Positions 25,789 to 38,207 of a DNA stretch of 64,000 bases are shown one piece after another. The position numbers and the translations under genes are program-made. Position 1 is the stretch's first letter; every line of letters starts with the position of its first letter. The notes beneath the pieces are model-generated. The model saw nothing but the letters and a program-made list of their open reading frames with translations, had not been told where the DNA came from and did not search any database. Where the stretch lies: the NCBI GenBank assembly GCA_030264375.1, contig JASCQW010000032.1:70508581-70572580 (forward strand), written 5' to 3'. The stretch comes from Carcharhinus longimanus (lineage: Eukaryota).

Positions 25789-26327
25789 CCCGCCCCCAAT
25801 ATATAATGGGCAAACACAGACAAATTTGTGGTACCATGGGATCTTTCACAATTGGAATATTACATCAATGTAAGGTCTCAGTAGCTGGTGCTGTGGGACT
25901 CAGTCCCACAAAGCAGATCATGGTGATCAGATTCAAAGTCCCAGGTTTTTGGAAAGAGAGGAATTGTTGACCTAGTGGGGGAAGGGTGGTGAATAGGGAG
26001 TGTTGTAAGCTAGGTTGGAGGACACTGAAGCACAAAGGGAAGATGAATGATAATGTGCGGAGGAGGGGCCATTCCCCTTATGTGTACATACAACCTCCCC
26101 AGAGATCGTATCCCCTTTCTTTCTTGTTTTTTCACCTCAGAGAAAGCAAGCTGCCCAATATCCACCATCTTCTGCTGCGCATTATGTTATAGCATTGGAG
26201 GTAGAATTAAGTCCTTAACTGCTCATGAATTGGACAGTTAAGGGCCTCAATAGGCCTCAAGGCATGTGGCTGGCTGATATATTAACTGCCCACTGTATTT
26301 TGAAGGACAGCTCGGAGGTAGGTGGGA

Positions 26328-26420
26328 AGACAGGCGCCGGAGTGTAGTGACTAGGGGATTTTCACAGTCACTTCATTGCAATGTTCATGTAAGTTTACTT
26401 ATGACATTAATAAATTACCT
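26328..26420 (+). mobile_element. Isolated SINE/LINE 3' tail (same as the tail of the 43240 SINE)
   Basis: ACAGGCGCCGGAGTGTAGTGACTAGGGGATTTTCACAGT...ACATTAATAAAT matches 43452-43540. Confidence 0.65.
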
Positions 26421-28059
26421 TAAAAAAAACTTAAGATCACATATTGCCTGCCTCTGTGGAGCGGGCAGTGAATTCATACCCTGAGAATATTCATCCAATG
26501 GGTCTACATCAGGGAGCCATCTTGCTGTATTACCATCTTACTGTCCCTCCCTCCTCATTCCTGTCACTTAGCAATTACTGGAATTCAGGCCAATCTGTTT
26601 CCAAATGTGCAAGGTCTGGATCTGGTAAAATGCATTGTTTAAGTAACATATGAGCATAGACATTTTATAGGCACACACTCTCTTTCTGTCACATACAGGG
26701 TTAATGCCAGCTTTTCCTCTCATAATGTAGCACATCTCCAACACCCCTATAATCATTTCTTACATACACATTATTCTTGTACTGCCAATGTTTGCATTAC
26801 TCTATAACAACCATCCCGGTTATAATGTTCTACTAATACAAATGATTGCATGGAAACACCTCACATGTAAATTCCACCAAAGTTATTTTGCAATATGTAA
26901 ATACAGGTCTATTAAATGAACTTCTGTTATTCTTTTCCAGTGCATCAGTATAAAGGTTAACAGGCTGCATCCTTAAGCAAGTATTAATGAGCAGTGGTAG
27001 CTCACTCCTGTGACCTTGGTCAGTCATTTTGTCACCCAGTAGAATTTTACACAATGTTGGTGTCATTTTCTTTTTTCATCAAGAAGACTTGTTCATCCAG
27101 TTGATTCTTCCTCTCAAAGCTGACTTCAGATTATAAAGTCACTAATGTGTTAAAGTCAGATTAACCCCTTTAGTCCCAAATGCTCTGGGAATAACATTCT
27201 GGATGGATTGAGCCTTGGCTCAGTGCCAGTAATCTCAGTGTATGTGATCAGGCTTCATTCCAGACACAACAGTACAGAGGCATGAGTTCCAAGCTCTGAA
27301 TACTGGGTTGACAGCCAGTGGGATGCTTGGACAAATATAGAGTTGCACCCACCCCCAACACTATCGCCACATCAAACTACTTCCGCTGGTAAGATGCTGG
27401 TATTTGTCTAACAACCTGTCCATGTAATAAATGACCTTTGTTACGGAAATAATCCAGAGCACGATCTGCTGGATGTTAAAGCTGTGGAAGAAACAATTTA
27501 CCACATGTAGCCCTTGGTACGCAAAGACAAGGAGAGTACTTTATTTGATTTCACCTGGTCTAATTGAATATGTTTTCCAAGGGCCAGCTAATCTCGCATT
27601 CTACCAGATTAATGAAAGCAATACCCGCTTAAGAAGAGGATGCCATTTTTCGTTATCCGTTGTTGTAAATGCTGACATTGTTCAGTATTGCTCTCCTGGA
27701 GGTTGAGTGCAGAAATCACATAAATAATCATTTCTTACAACTGGGAAAATAGCTTGGCAACAATCGTGTTCAGTGGTGGTAACCAAGTTATTATTATTTC
27801 CAGTTGTTAGCAGTCAACTTTTGGAATTGAAAGTGTATCAAAGGAAATACCATGAAATCCAGATTATAAATCAGATTTGTTTATGAACCATAGCCCTCCT
27901 TTTAGAACTGTCATTTTGATTCCAAAAAATTAACCAGTACTGTGTGTGTGTGTCATATAAACATAGACAATTTAATCAGAATAAGGCCATTTGGAAGTGG
28001 AATGGTGAAAAACATATAACCCATAATGAATGAAATTCAGCAAAGATATCATGAGCTGT

Positions 28060-29030
28060 GTAGTATTCGAGGGTCTGACACATAAAGGGTGTATCTGTAA
28101 AGAGTGGTGTACTGTGATGTAAAACAACACATGATCCTCACCTGATGTCAATGTAATGCTGGACAGAGCTGGGTGTAGAAGCAAGCATGGAGATAGCTCC
28201 TGGCTCAGAACTTTACTGTACTTATGTATATAGTTTCTAATCACTAATAAGTACTTACTACCAAATTATCAAAGACTACAATTACCTTAATAAGACCAAC
28301 CGAACTACACTTGTACCTTACAACATGGTGGCAGTGGATGAAACTATTTAAAACCTCGCAGGGATGGCAGAAGCAAATTAAAATCTAGGAAGGTGAAGGA
28401 CAAATCAAAAAAGCATTCTGACCTGAAGAAAAGCTCAAGAAGCGAAGATGGAGAAGGAAATCACCACTGAAAAGCACCAAAGAAAGGCTTGGATGCTGAA
28501 GGCAGAAATTAAATTCCACACTTCAGTAGAAGATTCCACTGAAACTCATGGAAGTCCAGCTTCAATACCCAGAGTGTGCAGCGTCAACAGAACTAGCAGC
28601 GGTGAGTTAAAACTTTAAAATTGCTGGACAACACAAGCCCTGAAAAGGGATAATGACTTCAATGGTCAGAAATTGCTGTTTAAATCACAGCCCAAAAAAC
28701 TCAATTCCCAAGCTCATTCTGAACAAAGAGGAAAAATATTCATTCCTTAAAAATTAATTGCAATGAAGTAGGCAACTTTAAAAACCCAACAAAGGCAAGA
28801 GTTTGATGCTTTCATCAAAGCATCAAGAAATTACATGGGAAATTAAATTATAATGTTCAATAAACATAGAAGCTGAGAGCTGAAGAAGCAGCACCACCTT
28901 TGGTTTTTGGAAGTCTCTTAAAGCTGAACCTGCAATTTACAAATCAGAAATCCACACTTTCAGACCAAGGCCCAGAAATTTGGGACATGGGAGAAAAAGA
29001 TTCCTGAGATACATGATAGCTTCAGATCTG
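28060..29030 (+). mobile_element. Gypsy-type LTR, primer-binding site and decayed gag
   Basis: TGTAGT...ACAACA (28060-28325) is immediately followed by TGGTGGCAGTGG (28326-28337), complementary to the 3' end of tRNA-Leu(AAG) with one CpG-type change. Downstream A-rich frameshifted gag-like sequence (e.g. GAGTTTGATGCTTTCATC = EFDAFI). LTR start is tentative. Confidence 0.6.
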
Positions 29031-29079
29031 GATAAAAAGACAGTGGCTAAACAACTTAACATAACACTTTATTCAGTAT

Positions 29080-29293
29080 ATCTGGGATTGAGTATCTACT
29101 GATGATTGTCGGAAAAACCCATCTGGTTCATTTATGTCCTTTCGGGAAACCTGCTGACTGTATCTGATCTGGCCTACATGTGGCCTCAGAGCCATAGCAA
29201 TGTGGTTGACTTTCAACTGCCCTCCAAGGGCAATGAGGGATGGACAATAAATGCTGGCCAACCAGTGACTCCCATGTCCTGCAAATAAAAAAA
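29080..29293 (+). mobile_element. tRNA-SINE family C, 3' part
   Basis: AAAACCCATCTGGTTCA...GGCCTACATGTG...CAATAAATGCTGGCC plus A-rich tail; same sequence at 32313, 32700, 61437 and 62898. Confidence 0.75.
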
Positions 29294-29383
29294 GGTCCAG
29301 CAGCCAAAAGGAGACAAAGAATCAACAAATCATCTGAGAGATCTGATGAATTTTTAAAATCGTTCAAGGCTTATTTTAACCTC

Positions 29384-29625
29384 GATGTGGAGATGCCGGT
29401 GTTAGACTGGGGTAGGCACAGTAAGTAGTCTCACAACACCAGGTTAAAGTCCAACAGGTTTATTTGGTAGCACAAGCCAAAAGCTTTCGGAGCACTGCCC
29501 CTTCATCAGTTGAGTCCCTTTACTAATTGAGTCCCTCACCTGATGAAGGGGCAGCACTCTGAAAGCTAATGGCTTCTGCTACCAAATAAACTTGTTGGAC
29601 TTTAACTTGGCATTGTGAGACTTCC
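29384..29625. mobile_element. Inverted pair of family A Penelope-like termini carrying two hammerhead motifs (one per strand)
   Basis: Arm ~29423-29513 is the reverse complement of 29536-29625. Minus motif: TCAA CTGATGA A GGGGC AGT GCTCC GAA AGCT TTT GGCT T GTG. Plus motif: TCAC CTGATGA A GGGGC AGC ACTCT GAA AGCT AAT GGCT T CTG. TTGAGTCCCT is duplicated in the spacer (29510, 29527). Confidence 0.8.
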
Positions 29626-29640
29626 CGCTTTAGAACAACA

Positions 29641-29951
29641 GGGGTAGCACAGTGTTACAGCAGTTAGCACAATTGCCTCACAGTGCTAGGGACCTGGGTC
29701 CAACTCCAGCCTCAGGTGACTGCCTGTTCTACCTGCGTCTGCATGGGTTTCCTCTAGGTGCCCCGGTTTCCTCCCAAACTTCAAGGATGTGCTAGTAAGG
29801 TTTGATTGGCTATGCTAAAAAGAAAATGCACCTTAGTATCAGGAAGGATTAACAGGATAAATATGAGGGGTTACAGAGATAGGTCCCTGGGTAGGATTGC
29901 TGTTGATGCAATGGGTTCAATGTCTCCTTCTTCACTGTATGGATTCTATGA
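29641..29951 (+). mobile_element. HE1-type V-SINE, full length
   Basis: tRNA-like head, V-domain (TCTGCATGGGTTTCCTCTAGGTGCCCCGGTTTCCTCCC), tail CACTGTATGGATTCTATGA. Confidence 0.85.
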
Positions 29952-32312
29952 ACAGGGTGTTCATGCAATGTCATATAAAATATATTATCAGGTTATAGAC
30001 TAGCAAAGACTGAATAAGAAAGTTGGGAGGTGCTGTGCACCAGATAGGAGCATCTAACAGGAACAAGGTGGCAAAATGTGGTCCAGAGGCATGTGGAAAA
30101 TGAGAAAACAAGAGACAGATTATCCAGCCAAAGATTCAGGCTGAAAAGAGCCAGAATGAAGCTGGGGGTCTGTCGATGACATGTGAGAGGCATTAGATGC
30201 AGAAACCCATGACCTGGGACAGAGTTGTGAAAAGGGAAGTTTTACCATTGAGTAATAGGAGATGGGTTTCGAAGTTTGGGATCACTCACACAGCTTGGTG
30301 CAAACAGAAGAGTGAGCAGCAGAATCCACAGAAGAAAACAAAGGGAAATGGCTGTTTATTTTGTTTGATTGTTTTGAGCTCTTTCTGAGGTACATATGGG
30401 GTGCAAGCTCCCCAAAATTACTCAAACTTCTCAAAACAGCTGATCTCTACATATAGACCCATTTTTTGTGGGGGATGCAGGAGGTGTGGGGGTGGGAGGG
30501 ATGTATGGGAGATGTGGGGAGGTGCAGGAGGCTCTCACCCTCTTGCAGTTGGAATTGGTGCCCATGCCCTCTGCCCTGAGAAGGGGCACATGGCAGAGGG
30601 AAGTGCTGCTGGTGTTACTCCTGAAATTTTTGGCAGAAGCGCCACCTCTGATCATGCCCGCTAGGGGTGGAAGGTAGAGCTGCCGTGGTGACAGGGAGAT
30701 GCTGCCAAAGGTGAGTTAATGGCTGGAAAGGTGAAACAGTTGGCAGTCACCCTCTCAAGTTTGGTAGCACTCTCTCAGAGAGAAAATGCTTTGAATTGTA
30801 ACTTCTCACCTGGCCACAGCCCTTCAATGTAAGTGATCCCAACCTACTCTACTTGCTAGTTTCACTGAAGGATCTCCTCCCACTGTGCACTCACCTCCAT
30901 TACTCTGACAAGTCGCAGAAGGTCAGAAAACAGATTCGCTGTTTGGGAAATCCAGCATTCAGGGTTACATCAGATCTTAATAGTCATCTTAATAACCTCA
31001 ACTCTTCCTCGATTACTTCCCCAACAGATCCAAGGACGCTCCCTGCTTGTCTGCAATCCCATCCTGGGGAATGGCAACAGTGAAGGGGATGATGTTGGGA
31101 TCCGGAGCCTAATATTAATTTCTGGGCTATCTCACCCCTTAAATTCTGCACCCAGCCTCCCCCAGGCTGGGAAAATTCAGGCTATGGAGTGTTTTGTTTT
31201 CCTCTTGTGCAACCATAAACGTGTCAAAGATTTTTAAAGCAACAGTTTCTTGGAATTGCATGAAGCTACACCACCCATTCCTTTCTGAAATAGGACTGAG
31301 GTGTTAAAAAAAAGTCTCAAGAGATCAGTAAGCACAGGTTTCTTAAGATGAAAATGTAATCGAATATAGTGAATCATAGATTTCAGAACTGGACAAATTC
31401 CAGTTAAATAAATAAGGGACTCCTACTCACGAAGTTACTTATCGATCAAGTTATCCAATCTGAAAAACATAATCTCAATTATGGATAGCGGATCTCCTTT
31501 TAACTATGTCTATATTCAGATCTTGGAAAGGGTTCAAGTATAACTCCAGGTGAGGGAAGCAGGCAGTATTGGTTAGCTGCAAGACTGGATATTATAACCT
31601 GACTGAAAAGATTAATAACCTGGGTTTAAATGCTGGGGACAAGAGATTGGGCTGCTTGAGAAGTAATAGGCTAGCAATGTTGGAAAGTTTTCAGATGTAT
31701 CGGCAGAGGTAATCATTTAGAAACTGGCAGCAAGCAATTTAACCAACTATGGATGTGAACTTTGCAGACTAAATGCTGTCTCGTCACTGAGCATTACACA
31801 GTGCGCACAAAGAGATGGGGGATTTCTCCATTTGAAACAATGAAGAACACATCTGGCATAGTAAAGATTAGCACTTTACAATCTTATTACAAACTGACAG
31901 CCACTGCAACATTTTACTTTTGGTCCGAATGACTTTGGCATACTGTGCAGTGCTCATCCACTATGATTTGTGAATTACATCTCTTTATCCACATTATTTC
32001 TCATTTTTGCTCCTCAGTTTCTCTAAGGGAGGGAGGAGGATGGAGAATCTTAATTTTGCACAGAAGGTCAAGAGAAAGAGAGGGCATTGAATTGGTGCGA
32101 TTACCAAGCTTTGAACCCACAATGGATAAATATTTAAAAAGTTACTCACCACTTGGCAATGGAGAATCTCTTAGAAACCCGCCTCCCATTAACTTTGACT
32201 CACTGAGAAATGATGCTTCGGTTTAACCAAAAAAGGAATAAAATACATCTCTGAGCAGATGGAGGAGCTGATGTGAAAGGCTAGAGATGTAATAACTCCC
32301 AAAGGATCAAGT

Positions 32313-32620
32313 GGAGGTGGTGGCATAATGGTATTGTCACTGTTCTAGTAATCTAGAGACCCAGGGCATGATCTAGGGGCCCGGGCTCAAATCTCAACAC
32401 AGCTGATGGTGAAATTTCAATTCAATTAAAAAGTGACCATGTAGTCAGTCGTAAAAACCCATCTGGTTCACGAATGTTCTTTGGGGAGGGAAATCTGCCA
32501 TTCCTGCTGGGTCTGCCCTATATGTGACTCCAGGCCCACAGGAATGTGTTTGACTCTGAAATGGGGTGGGAAATAAATGCTGGCCCAGCCAGTGATGCCC
32601 ATAAAATGAATAAAACAAAA
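32313..32620 (+). mobile_element. tRNA-SINE family C
   Basis: Head GGTGGTGGCATAATGG (A box) ... GGCTCAAATCT (B-box-like); body AAAACCCATCTGGTTCA; A-rich tail. Confidence 0.8.
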
Positions 32621-32699
32621 GGATCAAATGCAATGAACAAAAATCTAGGAAATATTGGAGATGGATCATTTGCTTCTCGTTCCCCAAGGTGGAAACAGT

Positions 32700-33057
32700 C
32701 TTTATTTTATTCACTTGTGGGACATGGGCACCGCTGGCTGGCTGGCATTTATTGCCCATTCCTAGTTGCCCTTGGAGAGCAGTTGAGAGTCAACCACATT
32801 GCTGTGATTCTGGAATCACATGTAGGCCAGACCAGATGGCAGATTTCCTTCCCGAAAGGACGTCAGTGAAGCAGATGGGTTTTTCTGATAATCAGCAATG
32901 GTTTCATGCTCATCAGTAGATTCTTAATTCCACATATTTTTTAATCGAATTCAAATTATACCAGCTGTCGAGGTGGGATTTGAACCTGGGTCCCCAGAAC
33001 ATTAGCTGAGTTCCTGGATTAATAGTCGAGTGAAAATAGCACTAGGCCATCGCCTCC
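32700..33057 (-). mobile_element. tRNA-SINE family C, inverted relative to the preceding copy
   Basis: Reverse complement of 32313-32620, with B box GGTTCAAATCC on the minus strand. Confidence 0.85.
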
Positions 33058-33166
33058 TCTCGTCACTNNNNNNNNNNNNNNNNNNNNNNNNNNNNNNNNN
33101 NNNNNNNNNNNNNNNNNNNNNNNNNNNNNNNNNNNNNNNNNNNNNNNNNNNNNNNNNNNNNNNNNN

Positions 33167-33250
33167 NTGCACCTGCAGGCTGGGTTTTTGCGACTCATGT
33201 ACAAGGACCCCGAGGTCCCTCTGCACCGTCGCCTGCTGCAGTTTTTCGCC
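33167..33250 (-). mobile_element. CR1 LINE ORF2 fragment
   Basis: Translates GEKLQQATVQRDLGVLVHESQKPSLQV, the RDLGV motif C-terminal to the CR1 RT domain. Confidence 0.75.
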
Positions 33251-33254
33251 ACGG

Positions 33255-33430
33255 AGTGGTGGATGATGCACTCTCAGACATGCTTCAAGCAAAGCAAGAT
33301 CTAACCCTTGAGAAAGCCACCCACATTGTCAGGTAACCTGAAATCCATTTGGAGCACATATCCGTATTAAGGGGAAGGAAGCAAACCACAGCAATAAGTA
33401 AACCCCGCTGTCCAACTAGTGAAACAGCAC
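33255..33430 (+). mobile_element. Gypsy gag-like fragment
   Basis: Reads SDMLQAKQDLTLEKATHIVR, resembling the LTLEKA motif of Gypsy gag. Confidence 0.4.
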
Positions 33431-35175
33431 CAAAATAGAACTGGTTGCATCAATCATTTCTTTCTCTATATTTAGAGACGGCAGATTGTCTAATGTACGA
33501 GTTGATGCCATTGGCCCATTGGAATCATCAATAAACATAGAAGCTAAGAGCTGTTGTGACCCCAAAGTCACTGGCAGTTCTTTGTGTGGATGGGTTCACC
33601 TGCAGGTCATTGCAACACAACACAACTTAGTTGCACTTTCCCTGATGTATCAGAGCTTTCACGAGCATCGTTGTTCTCAGATGGTTGTAATTTTGTGTAT
33701 TTCAGTCTTTTAACAAAGATTTAAAAACAGTGACAGATGGTGCACACCAACTCTTGTGCCCCCTTACTGCCTTTACACTTGTTTTGACCCTCACCTTCAT
33801 CCTTCAAAGAGCACAGGGAGAGAGGGGAGTCCCCAGTGAAACCTTTTGTGGTTTCTGAAAATTGTGCAACTTTGAATTCCCAAACACAGCTCAGTCCCTT
33901 GTAAACCTGCATGTCCATTTTACATAGGACTGTATGTGAATTGTGTTAGGCATAAATATACATTAGGAAATTGTACAGACATTTATTGGCAGAACAGCAA
34001 CAAGTTCACTTGGAGTTCCCACCTCCACCCATCATATACTCCACTCCAAATTCATGGAATGTTCTTAACAAACTGCTATGTGATATTATCAATTTTCACC
34101 CCTTTTCCTGTTTCAGTTGTGTTCGCATTTTACCTAAAATGAGAAAACTAGGCTGAAGAATTTCTGATAAGCATTGACCTGAATCTGTAATCTAAAATAA
34201 CCTGAACAGTTTGATTATATCTGCATTTGACTTGAGTTCAACGAGTTCACCTTTTAAAAAAGAACATTCTCGGAAAAATATAAAGACAGCTAAAATGAAC
34301 TTCCATGCATTTGTATTGCTGTTTCTCGTATCCCTTCAGTAGGATCTTGTCTTCGTACAGGACATTGTCTGTTGAAGGAAAGAATGTCGTTTTGGACGCA
34401 ATGGATCAGGAGAAGACTATAGTATTGCAAATTACTGGGGAAGTCTGATGTTCGTCAGTCTAACGTGACCTTTTTTTTTAATTGTGATTCTCCCAGGAGA
34501 TGAAATGGTTGGTGTCTGGTTTGTTTAACATTGCAGGATATGTCGGAACCTTGATTTGAGCTCCCCATGTCCGATTAGAATGAAGTGTGCGGCTTGTTGA
34601 ATCATTGGCTGTGTGGCATTCAATAAAACTGTCCATGCCATTTTTAACCAGCACAGTTTGGGCAGCCTGTGATGCCCTTATCTCCACTTCCCCACCATAC
34701 CAGCACCACCACCACCATAAAATTCTCCTTAAAATTCTGAAGTGGGAATTTAAATGTTTTTATTCAGACACCAAGCACATTTTATTTAGCAAACATCGAT
34801 TAGCCCCCTGGTACTAACCTCACCACAGATACCCACAGTCAGGAAACAGCTGACTGACAGGAGTCCAAAAGGTTGTTTTTTTTATATAGGATTCCCTGAT
34901 TTCTGCTTCGGCCTCCTCTGCCTCAGGCTTCCTATTGCCATGTGGGTCCAGGGTTGCAACTTCCTCCTGCATTCAGTCCATTCCCAGCCATTAGCTTGGT
35001 TTCATTGACACCGAGTTCAAATGGGAGTGAGGCCTGGTCTATGAGATAAATTCCAAGAATTAAAAGCATTCAGGTCTCATGTACAGTGAATCAGCATGTG
35101 TTGCTACTGATCCTGAGTTAAAATTCAGGTTCTAAACTCTGACACTGTAGCGATATTGTATGTATCTGTCCCAAA

Positions 35176-35301
35176 GCGCTGGATTTTCTAGCCGTATGCA
35201 GTCCCAAGACTAGAAAATCCCACCCAAGGTCAATGGATCTTTTGGGAGCATGTCCCACCTGCTATGATTCCCGTAGCAGATGGGATGAGAAAATTCCACC
35301 C
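35176..35301 (+). mobile_element. MITE family copy
   Basis: Collinear with 19676-19802; ends GCGCTGGATTTTCT / AGAAAATTCCACCC. Confidence 0.75.
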
Positions 35302-35352
35302 ACTGTGTTTCATTAGTGGCAGACACAGGTTCCAACATGAGATTAACTTCAG

Positions 35353-35683
35353 GAATCATAGAATCATTGAATCCCAGAATCCCTATAGTGCAGAAGGAGG
35401 CCATTTGGCCCATCGAGTCTGCACCAAACACAATCCCATCCAGCTCCTATCCCAGTATCCCACGCATTCATCATACTACTCCCCTAATACTAAGTGGCAG
35501 TTTAGTGTGGCCAATCTACCTAACTTGCATATCTTTGGACTGTGGGAGGAAACTGGAACACCCGGAAGAAACCCACACATACACGAGGAGAATGTGCAAA
35601 TTCCACACGGACAGTGACCCAAGGTGGGAATCGAACCCAGATTCCTGGCACTATGAGGCAGTAGTGCTGACCACTGTGCCATC
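35353..35683 (-). mobile_element. HE1-type V-SINE, full length
   Basis: GAATCATA-type tail repeats, GAAGGAGGCCATTTGGCCCATCGAGTCTGCAC, V-domain, B box GGTTCGATTCC on minus. Confidence 0.9.
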
Positions 35684-36544
35684 TTATAGGAAGTGCAATC
35701 ATTTAATTTGACATTTTAGTAATGATTGTTTGGTGGAAGAGAATGTGAGTATTGCTAAAAAAAAACATTTTGTTGAAGCTTTTTATCTTGCACTTATCAG
35801 GACAATTGCAAGAATGCTAATGTCAGCGGAAACTTTATACCATATGAGAAGTCAGTTCTGATTGGTTATCAAGTGGATTCTGATTGGTAGAGGCATGCTG
35901 CTGTTTATCTGTCTGATATTCAATTCTATTAATGGAAACTAGAGAAAAACGATCTGCATTTATATACAGTCTTTTAAGATCTCAGGTTGTCTCTTTTAAA
36001 GTGTAATCATTATGGTAATGCAGGAAGCATTGCAAAAACATTGCTTGCAATGGAGCAGAAATATAACAGGCAGTGGATTTAATGCTGCCTTTTGCTTCTA
36101 ATACCCAAGGTGACCTTTTACCCTGAAAATCTGGCTTATGCTTGGCAAGCCTCAGCATGTGTGTCCAAAACTCTGACCTTCCAATGTTATAGCTTGTATT
36201 CAATTTCTGATAGTGTGATGATGAATTACAGATCTAATTTTGTGTAACCTAGACTCAACACAAAATCTCTTGACTTGGCTTCAAGTCTTCAGGCTGCCCC
36301 ATGAGCCCAGCAATCCTTTTATTGGCAGGAGTCCAGTGATTGTACCAGGATTTAATGAGCACTTCTGCACTCGACCACCCAACAAACAATTCAAAGCGAA
36401 ATGAAGCGCAAGGCAGGTCGTACCACTTCCAATAGCTTTGTTGGATCTGCTTGCAGATATAATTCAGGAAATCACAGGTTGGTGTTGTGGAGCAGAGAGG
36501 CCTGACAGCCAAAGCCTTGCTTCTTTTTCTTCTATGGCTATCAC

Positions 36545-36885
36545 AGGTGAGAAAAAGCTGTCCTTTTCGAGGTGGTTCCAGAGGCAGGGAGGGATGAGGT
36601 CAAGGAGTTGAAAACACGATATGGATTTTAAAATTGAGGTGGTATTAAAATCAAGACTGGGAGTCAATATAGGTCAAGAAGGACAGGGGTAACAAGTGAA
36701 CAGGAATTGTTGCAAGTTAGTCAGCAGATAGCAGTTTTAGATGAGTTCAAGTTTACAGGTGTAGATGACCAGTTTGATGAGCATTGGAATAGTTATATCT
36801 AAAAATAACATTGACCAGAATGAGAGTTTCAGCAGCAGATGATTTCAAGCGAGGTAGAGGCAGGTGATGTTATGGACGTGGAATA
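36545..36885 (-). mobile_element. L2-type LINE fragment
   Basis: Collinear with 6230-6545 and 45330-45600. Confidence 0.55.
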
Positions 36886-37634
36886 CAAAAAGTACTTTAA
36901 GATTGTCAGAGGGCTGTCCAATGCTGTTTTAGCCAACTTATTCCATGAACCAATACCAACTTGTCGTTCAACTCACTACTGTTTACTGGGTGTTGCTAAC
37001 ACTGAATAACTCTGTGTCTGTCAATATAACCATTGCAGTACTTAAAAAAATTATTAATTAAATGTGACTTACTTTGTGTTTCAATGTGATGATGCATTTC
37101 ACATTCTTCTTTCTAAAACAGTTTATCTGAATCTTTTATATATTTTCTGCTTGTGCCCTAATTGTTCTCTCTCTCATAAGTCTAGTTATTGGCATCCCTA
37201 TTTGTGTTTCTTTTAATACATATTTAGCGCACGTCCTTCAGACATCAAGATGTCAATGTGTACATTCCTAATTCCTAATAAATCCCAGTGTAGCCATTTC
37301 CACTCATATGGGTGAGGATGCCATGTACTGATATTCAACTGACTGAACAGCAAGTGAGGAAATAGGGACAATAAGAAGATTAATTCACACAAGTCACTAC
37401 GAGGTCAATGTTGTAGTGGTTAAGGAATTTGAACCCAAACCAACAGAGGCATTGAGGGGTGGAAATGTGCCTTCGAACAGTGGTGCAAACAAGCAATATC
37501 GGATTGGCTGCCTGTTGTACCCTGATATTTAATTCCATTGCTGCCATGGAACTGAAGATCAGGAGCTGTTTGTAGCAAGCTGGCAATCCAACACTGCCTG
37601 TTTCTACCCCTGAATATTTTTGAAAGAACTTAGT

Positions 37635-37758
37635 CGGTGGGATTTTACGGCCTCACTCGAGCAAGACCAAAATTCCCGCCTGAGGTGAACGGACATTTCC
37701 ATTGTGCACCCCTTGCCCGTTCCAATTCCATGGCAGGCATGGTGGTAGAATTCTGGTG
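37635..37758 (+). mobile_element. MITE family copy
   Basis: GGTGGGATTTTACGG...AAATTCCCGCCTGAGGTGAACGGAC...GTAGAATTCTGG. Confidence 0.7.
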
Positions 37759-37794
37759 AGTGAGTCAATCTTCTACCTACTATTTTTTTGAATT

Positions 37795-38207
37795 TTCATG
37801 GCATCTCACCGAGCTTTACAGCTAATGGAGTATGTCACGAAGCGTAGTCAGTGTTATGATGCAAGAAACAGAGCCATCTTGCACACTGCAAACTCCAATG
37901 CATGGCAATTTGATACTGACCAGATAGTCTGCTTTTTGTGATTTTGATTAAGGGATGAATATTACTCGGGACACCGGAAGATAACCCCCTTGCACTTCTT
38001 TGAAATAGTTTGACGGGATTTGTTACATCCTCCCAAGCAGACAGATGGTGTATTTAACATCTCATTCAAAAGACAGCATCTTCAACAGTGCAGCACCTCA
38101 ATTCTGCATTGGAGTATCAGCCCTGATTTTTGTGCTCAAGCCCCGGAGTGGGACCATAACCTTCTGACTCAGAGGCAAGGGTACTACCAATTGAGTCATA
38201 GCTGACC
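37795..38207 (-). mobile_element. Deu-domain SINE (SacSINE1/AmnSINE1-like)
   Basis: Minus strand has a tRNA-like head, then GCTGATACTCCAATGCAGAATTGAGGTGCTGCACTGTTGAAGATGCTGTCTTTTGAATGAGATGTTAAA, matching the Deu-domain pattern as recalled. Confidence 0.7.
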
